From the NCBI GenBank assembly GCA_963823665.1, contig CAWGMQ010000002.1, positions 160,001-224,000 on the forward strand: 64,000 nt of DNA, given 5' to 3'. The position numbers were made by a program, and so were the translations under genes. The notes beneath the pieces are model-generated. The model made no database searches. It saw only the letters and a list, made by a program, of their open reading frames with translations, and had not been told where the DNA came from. Shown piece after piece: positions 19,585 to 29,790 of the stretch (its first letter is position 1; the number at the start of each line of letters is the position of its first letter). The DNA comes from an uncultured Planctomycetota bacterium. GTDB taxonomy: Bacteria; Planctomycetota; Planctomycetia; Isosphaerales; Isosphaeraceae.

Positions 19585-21867
19585 TCAATCGTCCAGTGTC
19601 CGAGAACTCCGAGGCAGCCAGCGTATGTAGCTCGCGGGGTCGGAAAAATCGTCAGTCCAGACGGCCGACCTGGCGCGCAAACGTGGTTTCCGCCAGCGAG
19701 GATCGTCCGCCAGGTCACCAAGATCGTTTTCAACCGCGAGCAGAATCGCCCAGATTGAAGGCTTTTTCCCCGCCAAATCCTGCTCGGGACTGACGTCCAC
19801 GTCATACGCAATCCGGCAAACCAGTCCGGCGTCGATCGCTTGCCGGCCGAGCACCGGTTCCAGGTCCAGGTACCTATTCGATAAGTTGAATGCCATCACG
19901 CCCCTCGCCGCGAGCTTCGAGCGATAGAGGCTGATGGCTTCGCGGGAAAGAAGATGCACTGGTAAAGAGTCGGAGCTGAAGGCATCGAACACGATCAACC
20001 CGAATGTATGATCGGGTGCCTCACGGAGCCGCAGTCGCGCGTCACCCAGCACGATTTTCAACGCTTTCGCACGGCAATCCGCCAGATACGTGAAGAACCG
20101 CCGATCGGCAGCAATCCGTGCAATGAGCGGATCGATTTCATAAAACGTCCAGCGTTCATCGGGCCCAGCGTAGCTAGCCAGCGTGCCCGCTCCAAGCCCC
20201 AGGATAGCGACCTCCGGCGCAGTTCGCTTCAACTGAGGGCCAATCCACTCGAACAACCGGCCAATCGGGCCGGATCGAGTGAAGTATGTTAAAGGCTCGC
20301 GAGCGAGTGCCGGATCCAGGCTTTGCTGGCCGTGCAGCGTCGTGCCGTGGAACAGCCTGTGCACGTTTAGCTCTGGATCATGGGTCACCCGCACCACGCC
20401 AAAGAAGCTCCGCTCCACAAGGATTAATCGGCCGTCGACACCGCTTGAAAGCGCACTCGCCGCCAGCATCGCCGTGACACAGAGCGCGAATCGCAACGGT
20501 CGGCGCCTGGCCGTGATTGTGGCAAGCAGCCCCAGGCCCGATGCGATCACAACCGCCAGGACTCCCACCACAGACTCTGCCAGGCCGGCCTGGTTCGTCG
20601 TCAGCATCGCCGTCAACAGGAAGACCGCTCCCGGAAGCAGCAAATCGCGCAACCCCGATCTCCGCCGCTCCACGCTATCTCGAGGAGCCGCCAGCAGCGC
20701 GAGAATCACGGCCAGCGGATACTCGACAACGCGGCTGAACACCAAAGGCGCGACAAGTGCGGTGAAGATGCCGCCGAGCAGGCCACCCACGGCGATCGCC
20801 ACATAAAATGTGCTGGCGTGCTCACCGGCAGGGCGGGCCCGCGCAAGCGCGCCATGGCACGCCACACAACCTGCAAAGAATGCTGCGAGATGAAGCGGGA
20901 TCCATACCGCGTGCGGAAAGCCCGCGCTCATGACCAGCACAAGCGGTGCGACCAGGAAAGGCAGTACACGGCTCATGACGTCGACGGCGCGGGCCCCGAT
21001 GTGCGCAAACGCAACAATGAAGCTCAACAAATAAATGGCCAGTGGAATCACCCACAGCAAGGGGATAGCCGCCAGGTCAGTCGTCAAATAAGTTGTTACA
21101 CCCATCAGCCAGCTCGAGGGAATGAATACGAGAGCGAGCCACCGAGCCAGATCCAGTCTTGAGAGCTTCGTTTTCTTCTCGATTGAATCCCGGATCACAC
21201 CGTCTATGTGAACGCGTCGTTCGGCCTCACCCTGTCTCGACCGGCTCAACCGGCGAGCAAGCGCACCGCAGCAGAGAATCAGAATCGCCAGGAGTAGAAA
21301 CCCGGACCGCCACAGCCGGCTCTGCCAGCTCAAGCTCAAGCGTGGCTCGATCACGAGCGGATAAGCCACAAGCGCCGCCAAGCTTCCCGCATTGCTCGCG
21401 GCATACAGGAAATACGGGTCGCTCGCGCGAGGATGAGGCGAGAGCGCAAACCAGCACTGAAGTAGTGGAGCAGTCGCCGAGACGACGAGGACGGGCAAAG
21501 TTGCCGAGATCGCCAGTATGCCAAGCAAAACGAACGCCGGGTTACGCGTCGCCGGACCAGAAAAGAGGCCGGGGGCAATCTCGATCGGCTGCAACACATA
21601 GCCAAAAGTCAGAACCATCGCAAGCACGGAAAGGTGGAGAACTCCGGCGCTGCTCCGCTGGGTTGTCCCCGTGCGAATGAACCCGTGTGCGAAAAGGTAT
21701 CCACCCAGCAGAATAACCTGAAAGTACACCAGGCATGTGTTCCACACGGCCGGCGTGCCGCCGAGTTCGGGCAAGACCATCTTGCCTATCATGGGCTGCA
21801 CGGAGAACAACAGCGCCGCGCCGAGGAACGATGTCATACCGAAAAGAACCACGACGCCCAGTTTCAT
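19585..21867 (-). CDS. Fused membrane (MFS-like)/spermidine synthase-like SAM-dependent protein
   Basis: Multi-TM N-terminus (LLFSVQPMIGK, DPYFLYAASNAGS), then RSFFGV, HGTTLHGQQ, LGLGAGTLA, YEIDP, GDARL, DAFSSD. Confidence 0.88.
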   Translation of the reverse strand: MKLGVVVLFGMTSFLGAALLFSVQPMIGKMVLPELGGTPAVWNTCLVYFQVILLGGYLFAHGFIRTGTTQRSSAGVLHLSVLAMVLTFGYVLQPIEIAPGLFSGPATRNPAFVLLGILAISATLPVLVVSATAPLLQCWFALSPHPRASDPYFLYAASNAGSLAALVAYPLVIEPRLSLSWQSRLWRSGFLLLAILILCCGALARRLSRSRQGEAERRVHIDGVIRDSIEKKTKLSRLDLARWLALVFIPSSWLMGVTTYLTTDLAAIPLLWVIPLAIYLLSFIVAFAHIGARAVDVMSRVLPFLVAPLVLVMSAGFPHAVWIPLHLAAFFAGCVACHGALARARPAGEHASTFYVAIAVGGLLGGIFTALVAPLVFSRVVEYPLAVILALLAAPRDSVERRRSGLRDLLLPGAVFLLTAMLTTNQAGLAESVVGVLAVVIASGLGLLATITARRRPLRFALCVTAMLAASALSSGVDGRLILVERSFFGVVRVTHDPELNVHRLFHGTTLHGQQSLDPALAREPLTYFTRSGPIGRLFEWIGPQLKRTAPEVAILGLGAGTLASYAGPDERWTFYEIDPLIARIAADRRFFTYLADCRAKALKIVLGDARLRLREAPDHTFGLIVFDAFSSDSLPVHLLSREAISLYRSKLAARGVMAFNLSNRYLDLEPVLGRQAIDAGLVCRIAYDVDVSPEQDLAGKKPSIWAILLAVENDLGDLADDPRWRKPRLRARSAVWTDDFSDPASYIRWLPRSSRTLDD

Positions 21868-22036
21868 GAATCACTCATTCCGCGATCACGATGCGCATCA
21901 TTCCGTTTAGCCCAGGACCAGACTCGGCGCCAAGCATCGGAAAAATGCATCTCGTCGCTCGACGGACAATACAATATCATTTGCGATCCCGGCCCAGGAT
22001 GCCCGGGCGATTCCCCTGAAAAGCTGAGGTCTTCCG

Positions 22037-23968
22037 TTGTCATCATTCCACCGCCGAATTGCCAGCCGGCTTCGATTTCGGGACTATCTGCGGCAGTACC
22101 GGTCCAGCTCGAAAGGCAAGCCGGAACCCCGAGCTGGGCTAAGTGCGGTCAAGCATCGCTCGTTGGCTCGATTATATCGCGAGCTTTACCAGATTCTCGT
22201 GGGCCACCGGGTGACTCTGGCGCTGGCGCTTGCAGGGCTTTCGATCGCAACCGTCATGAAGCTGATTCCACCCGCCGCCACCAAGGCGGTGATCGACTAC
22301 GTCGTGCTGGCCCGGCCGCTTCCTGAAGCAGTCACCTCCTGGCTTCCCTTCTCAGTCCCGGAGTCGCCGAAACTGCGTCTGTTCGGGTTGGTCGCGCTGG
22401 TCCTGCTCGTGTCAATCCTCGGTAAGTTCTTTGGATTGCTCAGCCGCTGGCAGGCAACCCGAGCCACCAAGCGGGTCCAGGTCGCAGTCCGGCGCCAGGT
22501 TTATGAGCACGCCATGCGGCTTCCCTTGCACCGGGTTTATGAGCTCAAGTCCGGCGGCGCTTCGAGCTTGCTTCGCGAGGATGCAGGCGGCGTCGGCGAG
22601 TTGATCTTCAGCATGCTCTATAACCCGTTCCAGGCCGTGGTTCAATTCCTTGGCGGCGTGGTCGTGCTGGCCTTCGTCGACTGGCGGCTCCTGCTTGGTG
22701 CACTCTTGCTGGTCCCCGGCGTCTACTATTCCGATCTCCTCTGGAACCGGCGCATTCGCCCGCTTTTCCGCGATATCCGCAAGGAGCGCCAGGATATCGA
22801 TAGCCAGACGACTGAGGTCTTCGGGGGTATGCGCGTGGTCCGCGCATTCGGCCGCCAGAAGAGCGAATCGGCGCGGTTCATGGGAGAAAACCACTTCATG
22901 GCGAGGCTCGAGCTCCACGCCTGGTGGCTTTCCCGATCGATCGAGCTTCTCTGGGAGTTTCTCTTGCCCATGGCCTCGGTGGGTCTGTTGCTCTACGGCG
23001 GTCTGCAGGTGATCGACGGCCGGCTTTCGCTGGGCGACCTCATGATGTTCCTGGTCTATCTGGCAATGCTCTTGGAGCCCATGGCCGTGCTGGCCACCAG
23101 CGTCACTCAGCTCCAGAACAATCTCTCAGGCTTCGACCGCGTGCTCGATCTGCTCGCCGAGCCGCGCGAAATGGCCGATTGCCCCGGCACTCGTTCCATC
23201 TCCAAGCCCGCAGTCTTGGGCCGGATCACACTCCGGGATGTCGATTTCATCTATCCGGGAACAACCCGCCAGGTCCTCCGCGATATCAACCTTGACGTCG
23301 AATCGGGCGAGACGATCGCCTTGGTCGGTCGCAGCGGATCGGGCAAGACAACGCTCTGTAATCTGGTCGCGCGATTCTATGACCCATCCGCCGGCGCCAT
23401 TGCTCTTGATGGAGTGGATCTCCGTGAGATTCAGGTCGAGAGCTACCGTCAACTCCTCGGAATCGTTGAGCAAGACGTCTTTCTCTTCGACGGCACAGTC
23501 GCCGAGAACATCGCCTACGGCCACCGCTCGGCGACGCCCGCTCGCATCGAACAAGCAGCCCGGGCCGCCAACGCTTCAGAATTCATCGAACGCTTGAGTG
23601 ACCGGTACGACACCGTGATTGGTGAGCGCGGAGTACGCTTGAGCGGCGGCCAGCGGCAGCGCCTTGCGATCGCGCGAGCCGTGTTGGCGGACCCCAGGAT
23701 CTTCATTCTCGACGAAGCAACCAGCAACCTGGATAGCGAAAGCGAACGCCTGATCCAGCAAAGCCTCGAACAACTGCTGCGCGGCCGCACCTCGTTCGTG
23801 ATCGCCCATCGCTTGAGCACGATCCGTCACGCCGATCGCATCCTGGTCCTGGACGCAGGCGCAATCGTCGAGGCCGGCAGTCACGCCGAGCTGATGGCCG
23901 GTAGCGGACTCTACCGCGACATGGTCGAGCTCCAGCGGATCGAACAAGGTGAGGAAATCCGTCCGTGA
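22037..23968 (+). CDS. ABC exporter, fused permease/ATP-binding (MsbA-like)
   Basis: TM domain plus GRSGSGKTT, LSGGQRQR, ILDEATS, IAHRLSTI. Confidence 0.93.
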   Translation: MSSFHRRIASRLRFRDYLRQYRSSSKGKPEPRAGLSAVKHRSLARLYRELYQILVGHRVTLALALAGLSIATVMKLIPPAATKAVIDYVVLARPLPEAVTSWLPFSVPESPKLRLFGLVALVLLVSILGKFFGLLSRWQATRATKRVQVAVRRQVYEHAMRLPLHRVYELKSGGASSLLREDAGGVGELIFSMLYNPFQAVVQFLGGVVVLAFVDWRLLLGALLLVPGVYYSDLLWNRRIRPLFRDIRKERQDIDSQTTEVFGGMRVVRAFGRQKSESARFMGENHFMARLELHAWWLSRSIELLWEFLLPMASVGLLLYGGLQVIDGRLSLGDLMMFLVYLAMLLEPMAVLATSVTQLQNNLSGFDRVLDLLAEPREMADCPGTRSISKPAVLGRITLRDVDFIYPGTTRQVLRDINLDVESGETIALVGRSGSGKTTLCNLVARFYDPSAGAIALDGVDLREIQVESYRQLLGIVEQDVFLFDGTVAENIAYGHRSATPARIEQAARAANASEFIERLSDRYDTVIGERGVRLSGGQRQRLAIARAVLADPRIFILDEATSNLDSESERLIQQSLEQLLRGRTSFVIAHRLSTIRHADRILVLDAGAIVEAGSHAELMAGSGLYRDMVELQRIEQGEEIRP

Positions 23969-24001
23969 GCTCGGTGAAGCTGACGCGGAACAGCCACCGA
24001 T

Positions 24002-25348
24002 TCACCGTTCCGACAACACCATCTTCACCCCATGTGCCGGCCGCAACGTCATCGTAGGCAATGGTGTCACTCGCGCATCGTCCGCGAGCCGCAGCCGAAA
24101 CCGCTGAGCCACCGCCGCGAGTATCAGGGCCGATTCCATCAGCGCGAAGTTGTTGCCAATGCAGATTCTGGGTCCGCCGCCAAAGGGGAAGTAGGCGTAT
24201 CGGTGCAACCGTTGCAAGAGCCCTCCCTCCCACCGCTCGGGACGAAAAGTCTCGGGGTCATCGAACCAGCGGGCGTCCCGGTGGATGACCCATTGCGGCA
24301 TGAAGAATGTAGTACCAACCGGCATTGTGTAGCCGCCGAGCTCGACCGTCTCGATATTCTCGCGGCCCACCATCCAGGCTGTGGGATAGACGCGCAACGT
24401 CTCGTTGATCACGCTTTCGGTGTATGGCAAACGCGGTAAGTCGGCGACCGTCGCCGGCCGGCCTCCGAGCACTGTCTCGAGCTCCCGGTGCAGCCGCGCT
24501 TCGGCCTCCGGGTGTTGCGACAGCAAGAACCACGTCCAGGTGAGCGTATTCGCGGTCGTTTCATGGCCCGCCATGAAGAGTGTCATGACCTCGTCGCGGA
24601 GCTGAGTGTCTGTCATGCGCCGGCCGCTCTCCTCGTCCTGCGCTTTCAGCAGCATGGACAGCAAGTCGCCGCGGTCCTCCCCGCTCTTGCGGCGCTCGGC
24701 AATGATCGACCGCAAGATCTGCTCCAGCCGCCGGATCGCCCGCTCCACCCGGATGTTCATCGGCGTGGGAAACCAGTGCGGCGGAGACACCAGACTGGCC
24801 GTCCGGACGACGAACGCCTGCATCAGCGTATCCATCGCCGCGCTCACCTCGGCCGAATCGCCGCCAATCTCCGCGTCGAAGAGGGTCTTGGCGACGATTT
24901 CCAGCGTCAGCCGCATCATGGCATCCTGAGCGTCCCGAACCTGACCGTTCGCCCAGCCAAGCAGCATTCGCTCCGTGAGCTGCACCATGAGCTGACCATA
25001 GGCAGCAATTCGCTCGCGGTGAAAAGCGGGCTGCGCAAGCTTCCGCTGTCCACGCCAGAATTCGCCCTCGCTGATCAACAGCCCTTGACCGAGCGTGCGC
25101 GTTGCATCCCTCAACCGATAATGCTTGATGAACTTGCGATTTTGATTGACCAGAACTTCTTCAACCAGATCCGGATGATTGAGGAACACGACGACCCGCG
25201 GGCCAAAACGGGCCCACACAACATCCCCATATTCTTGGGCCCATCGCGTAAGGCTCCCCAGCCGGTCCCGGCCAAATTCCCTCAAATTTCCGAAGAGCCA
25301 CTGCTGCCGCGGACCAGGCGGAATCTGGGGCAGCGCGAGTGTTGACAT
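24002..25348 (-). CDS. Cytochrome P450
   Basis: AGHETT (I-helix), ETLRVYP (ExxR), PERW, FPFGGGPRICIG heme-thiolate motif. Confidence 0.95.
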   Translation of the reverse strand: MSTLALPQIPPGPRQQWLFGNLREFGRDRLGSLTRWAQEYGDVVWARFGPRVVVFLNHPDLVEEVLVNQNRKFIKHYRLRDATRTLGQGLLISEGEFWRGQRKLAQPAFHRERIAAYGQLMVQLTERMLLGWANGQVRDAQDAMMRLTLEIVAKTLFDAEIGGDSAEVSAAMDTLMQAFVVRTASLVSPPHWFPTPMNIRVERAIRRLEQILRSIIAERRKSGEDRGDLLSMLLKAQDEESGRRMTDTQLRDEVMTLFMAGHETTANTLTWTWFLLSQHPEAEARLHRELETVLGGRPATVADLPRLPYTESVINETLRVYPTAWMVGRENIETVELGGYTMPVGTTFFMPQWVIHRDARWFDDPETFRPERWEGGLLQRLHRYAYFPFGGGPRICIGNNFALMESALILAAVAQRFRLRLADDARVTPLPTMTLRPAHGVKMVLSER

Positions 25349-25509
25349 GGTCGGTCCGATCGTTGGCGGATGGATCACGCGAGCGCGTAGACTTTGGGAA
25401 TCTCGGCGCCGGCGACAGGTCGAAGGTTACGGATCCGGCACATCTGGTAGACATTGATACGAAAGTCGGGACAGGTGCTGATCAGGCATACAATTGTGCG
25501 CGACCTCCG

Positions 25510-28302
25510 TTATTTCTTGCGCAACAAGAACGCCAGCAGGTCCCTCATCTCCTGCTTCGTCATCGTGCGGGCCAGGTCCTCGGGCATGATCGAGATCGCC
25601 TGTGGCTTCCGCTCGGCGATATCGCCGCTCTTCAGTTGGATCCTGTGGCCTTCCGAATCGGCGAAGATCAACTCGCCCTCCGGCGACTGCGCGAGCAGAA
25701 TGCCAGTGAATACAGTCCCATCGTTCCGGGCAACAGCGTAGGCGACGAACTGCGGAGCAATCTCCTTGTTCGGTGTAACGATCGATTCGATCAGGCGCCG
25801 TTGGCTCGTGCCGGCTGGCAGCGCGGTGAGATCCGGCCCAGCGCGACTGCCTCGGCCTTGAACCTGATGGCAGCGATAGCATCCCGGCCCTCTGGCATGA
25901 AAGAACACACGCTCGCCCGCGGCCGAATCGGCGGGGCCACTCAACTGAGCCGCGAGAGCGTCGATATCGCTCCCCGGAGCTCGGGCTCCTTTCGACTGTG
26001 GTTGACCAGAAGCCACCCAATTCTGCAGGAAGTCCACCAGTTCAAGCCCCGCTGCATCATCGCGATTTGACCTGTGAAGCATGGACCGCTCACCTTCAGT
26101 AAGCGACACCCCGCGCAGGCTGCGGAGGGCTTCATGCCGCAGCGCCGGTTGACCACCAGAACCTAGAGCCAGCAACACTTCGCGATGCGCAGCGGCTTTC
26201 TCAGCCAGTCCGGCGACTGCCTCGGCGCGAATCACCAGCGACGCGCTTTGGTCACCGGTCAGCCTGGCCAGAATTTCAAATCGCCCGCCGCGCGGGCTCT
26301 GGCACAAACTTCGAACTGCTTCAGTCCGGACGGCCTCGCTGTGATTTCCCAGCAGGCGATTGAGGCGGTCAAGCGTGAGTACCGGATGGTCCGGCCGTAG
26401 CATTCGGAGTGCTTGCTGTAACACCAGGCCCGATGTTCGTTCGTCCTTCACGAGGGCTGCGACGTAGTCTTCACCGGCGATCTCGTCTTGAAGGCTTCGC
26501 GTCTTCCCGTCCAGTCTCTCCAGCGCCGCTAGAGTGGCCTCGAAGAGATTTCTCGCGTCGGCACTCGATGCAAGCGCGGCTTCTAAGGTCGAGCGAAACT
26601 CCTTCAATCGATGCTCACCCACCCACTGGATCGCCGCGAATCGTATGCGTGGATCCGGGTCAGACAGAAAGCCGGGCAAAACTGCCTTGACGTCTGAGTG
26701 ATCCGAATCTCGCAAGATCAGAAGCAAGCCCAGGCGCTGTTCGGCCGAGAGATCCTTTGACCCGGCAAGCGCAACGAGCTCGGTTTCGTGCTGCGAGATC
26801 CGCAGGCCCAGCCGCGCGGCTTGCTGAACGAACGGATCATCCGATCCGAGTGCCTTCAACAAGATCTCTTTGCCACCGGGATCCGACAGACGCCGCATCG
26901 CCGCCGCACGGACAAGCGGCGAGGGATCGGTCCCGGCGATATCCTTTAACTTGATTTGAGCGGCCGGCAGGATGCTCACGCCCAGCGCACGCAAGTCGGC
27001 CGAGTCGTGATGCAAGACAGACGCGGCAAGCTGCCCGTCGACGTTCCCCGTGCCGGCGGCCGCTGCCAGTGCAATCGCGGCCGACCTCCATGCGACAGGT
27101 CTATCTGGATTCAGCCGTGCAACCACGTTCATATCGACTTGGCGAAGCCGCCAGATCCGCCCCTTGCCATGCAGCGTGTATGACTTGTCGACCCAGTCGC
27201 TGATGTAGACCGAGCCGTCGGGCGCGATCGCGATGCCGACTGGCCGGAAATCCTCACCGCCGGTAACCACCGGTTCCATCGTTGCCCGAAACGATGCGCC
27301 ATGAGGCTTGAGCCGGTATCGCTCGATCCGGTGATCGCCCCATGAGGTGACCAGCAAGGTTCCGCGATAGTCTTCCGGAAGTTGATCTCGGTCGTATTCA
27401 ACAACGCCGCTCGGAGCCTCGCCTGTGCCGGCAACCATTCCCAGCGTGCCCGGCAGCTCACCATTCCAGGACGTGAAAGGGTGCACGCCTTTGCGGCCAT
27501 TTCGGAATCGATAGCCGTAGTCGCCTCCTTGCACGATGTGCAGCAGCCGGCAGGGAGGTCGCGAGTCGGGGTCGTTGTCGACGGCAAAGAGCCGTCCGAA
27601 AACGTCGAACGTCATGTGAAACGGGTTCCAGAACCCGGTGGCCACCCGCTCGAGCTTCGAGCCGTCGGGTCGGCATCGATAGATGTTGCCGCCTTCTCCA
27701 CCACCGGAAAGCGCTACTCCGTCGCTTCCGATGAGTCGGTAGTCGGCTCCCAGGTTCTCACCCAACCCGAAGTAGACGTTACCGGCAAAATCAAACGCGA
27801 ACCCCGAGAGCCCGTTGTGCGGGTAGTCGCCCGGCGTGTCCAGGCGAACGAACGGCGCCGGCAAGGAGCCAGGCTTGATGCCATCGGCCTTGCCATCGCC
27901 GTCCCGGTCCCAGAGGCGATAGAGAGCGCTTCGGGTCGCCACGAAGACAGATTCATCACCGGCCACACGCAGGTTCATCGTCATCCGCGTTCCTTCGAAG
28001 AAGGTGCCGGTGCACTCCGGCCTGCCGTCATGGTCCCGATCCTCAAACACACGAATTCGGTCCGCCGGCGGGCCGGAATAATTCGGAGGGCGGAAGTGCG
28101 TGTGACTTTCGATGACAAGTACGCGCCCACGGCCATCAACGGCGATTCCGGTGGGCGTGACAATTTCAGGCTCCGCCGCAATTCGCTCGAGCACCAGTCT
28201 GAAATCAAGCACTTTCGGAGGCACAGTGTTGGGCCTGTCCTCCACGGCGAGCACCGAAAACACGGCAATGCATAATTGAGCGACAGCGCCGATCATCGTC
28301 AT
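25510..28302 (-). CDS. PVC-type heme-binding CxxCH protein (beta-propeller dehydrogenase-like + HEAT repeats + cytochrome c)
   Basis: AEPEIVTPTGIAVD, GFWNPF, DFRPVGIAIAPDGSVYISDW, HEAT repeats, CYRCH, GPDLT, SIMPEDL. Confidence 0.9.
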   Translation of the reverse strand: MTMIGAVAQLCIAVFSVLAVEDRPNTVPPKVLDFRLVLERIAAEPEIVTPTGIAVDGRGRVLVIESHTHFRPPNYSGPPADRIRVFEDRDHDGRPECTGTFFEGTRMTMNLRVAGDESVFVATRSALYRLWDRDGDGKADGIKPGSLPAPFVRLDTPGDYPHNGLSGFAFDFAGNVYFGLGENLGADYRLIGSDGVALSGGGEGGNIYRCRPDGSKLERVATGFWNPFHMTFDVFGRLFAVDNDPDSRPPCRLLHIVQGGDYGYRFRNGRKGVHPFTSWNGELPGTLGMVAGTGEAPSGVVEYDRDQLPEDYRGTLLVTSWGDHRIERYRLKPHGASFRATMEPVVTGGEDFRPVGIAIAPDGSVYISDWVDKSYTLHGKGRIWRLRQVDMNVVARLNPDRPVAWRSAAIALAAAAGTGNVDGQLAASVLHHDSADLRALGVSILPAAQIKLKDIAGTDPSPLVRAAAMRRLSDPGGKEILLKALGSDDPFVQQAARLGLRISQHETELVALAGSKDLSAEQRLGLLLILRDSDHSDVKAVLPGFLSDPDPRIRFAAIQWVGEHRLKEFRSTLEAALASSADARNLFEATLAALERLDGKTRSLQDEIAGEDYVAALVKDERTSGLVLQQALRMLRPDHPVLTLDRLNRLLGNHSEAVRTEAVRSLCQSPRGGRFEILARLTGDQSASLVIRAEAVAGLAEKAAAHREVLLALGSGGQPALRHEALRSLRGVSLTEGERSMLHRSNRDDAAGLELVDFLQNWVASGQPQSKGARAPGSDIDALAAQLSGPADSAAGERVFFHARGPGCYRCHQVQGRGSRAGPDLTALPAGTSQRRLIESIVTPNKEIAPQFVAYAVARNDGTVFTGILLAQSPEGELIFADSEGHRIQLKSGDIAERKPQAISIMPEDLARTMTKQEMRDLLAFLLRKK

Positions 28303-28464
28303 TCGTTCTCCGAAGACCAGGTCGTGCAGGGCGTCTTCCGCAGTATAACCGCATTTCCTTGAGTGGGCCAACGCAAGAGGGCTAGGCCGTTTCGTGGCGT
28401 CAATTGCGGTGCTATGATCACGCTTGGCCAGATCGGCACGAGATCACCTCCCAGGAGAGCGAAC

Positions 28465-29790
28465 ATGGAATTCGAACGCGGCACCTTCTCTCGTCGGGGA
28501 TTTCTGGATCGCTCGCTGACGGCACTTGCACTCAGCGGTCTACCGCTTTGGTACGCTCGCGACGTTCTGGCTGACTTCGAGCAGCAAAACGCCCAGGACG
28601 AGAAGGCCAAGAAGGCCGGACCGAACGACCAGATCGTGATGGCGGCCATCGGCGTGGGAGGGCAGGGCACTGGCATCATGAAGTGGGCCAAGGGGAAGCC
28701 GGGTGTCAAGTTCGTCGCCGTCTGCGACATCGACTCAACCCACGCCAAGAAAGCAGTCAAGGAAATCGGCACCGATTGCGTCGAATACCATGATTTCCGT
28801 GAGCTCCTGGGCCGCCACGACCTGAACGCCGTCACAATCGGCACCGTCGATCACTGGCACGCGCTGACCTCGATCGCTGCCATGAAGGCTGGCTGCGACG
28901 TTTACTGCGAAAAGCCCCTCTCCCTGACCATCGAAGAAGGCAAGGCGATGGTCCAGGCAGCTCGAAAATACGACCGTGTCTTCCAGACCGGAAGCCAGCA
29001 GCGCTCTGACGATCGCTACCGGCTGGCCTGCGAGCTGGTACGCAACGGACGGATCGGCAAGGTCCACACGGTCGAGGCTCGTATCGGCGACAACCCGATT
29101 GGCGGTCCCTTCAAAACGAGCGCCGTTCCCGAAGGCCTCGACTGGGATTTCTGGAAAGGCCCCACCGCTGACATCCCTTACGTCAAAGAACGATGTCATT
29201 ATGAATTCAGGTGGTGGTATGAGTACAGCGGCGGCAAGCTCACCGACTGGGGTGCTCACCACAACGACATCGCCCAGTGGGGCCTGGGCAAGGACGGATC
29301 AGGCCCGGTGAACGTCACGGCGACCGGCCTCGCGCCCTCAAAGGAACCCAATAGCTACAACTGTCACCCGCACTTCGCCGTGACGTACACTTACTCGGAC
29401 GGCACCCACCTGATCACCTCAAGTGACGGTGAAAACGGCAACCGCTTCATCGGTGCAAAGGGGTGGATCTTCGTCAATCGCGAGCGCATCGAAGCCAGCG
29501 ATCCCAAGCTCATCGACGAGCCTCTTCCGAAGGACGCGACACGACTCTACGTCTCGAATGACCACATGGGCAACTTCATCGATGGAATTCGAACCAGAAA
29601 GCGATGCATCTGCGACGTCGAGGTTGGCTACCGCTCGGTGACTGTCTGCCACCTGGGCGCAATCGCGCTGCGCCTGGGCATCCCGCTCAACTGGGACCCC
29701 GAAGCCGAGAAGTTCGTCGGCCCCCGCTCCGAAAAAGGCAATGCCATGATCTCACGCGAAATGCGCTCCCCCTGGCGGCTTGAAGGCTAG
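28465..29790 (+). CDS. Tat-exported Gfo/Idh/MocA oxidoreductase
   Basis: SRRGFL Tat motif, IGVGGQG, DHWH, DVYCEKPL, QTGSQQRS, DWGAHHND. Confidence 0.92.
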   Translation: MEFERGTFSRRGFLDRSLTALALSGLPLWYARDVLADFEQQNAQDEKAKKAGPNDQIVMAAIGVGGQGTGIMKWAKGKPGVKFVAVCDIDSTHAKKAVKEIGTDCVEYHDFRELLGRHDLNAVTIGTVDHWHALTSIAAMKAGCDVYCEKPLSLTIEEGKAMVQAARKYDRVFQTGSQQRSDDRYRLACELVRNGRIGKVHTVEARIGDNPIGGPFKTSAVPEGLDWDFWKGPTADIPYVKERCHYEFRWWYEYSGGKLTDWGAHHNDIAQWGLGKDGSGPVNVTATGLAPSKEPNSYNCHPHFAVTYTYSDGTHLITSSDGENGNRFIGAKGWIFVNRERIEASDPKLIDEPLPKDATRLYVSNDHMGNFIDGIRTRKRCICDVEVGYRSVTVCHLGAIALRLGIPLNWDPEAEKFVGPRSEKGNAMISREMRSPWRLEG

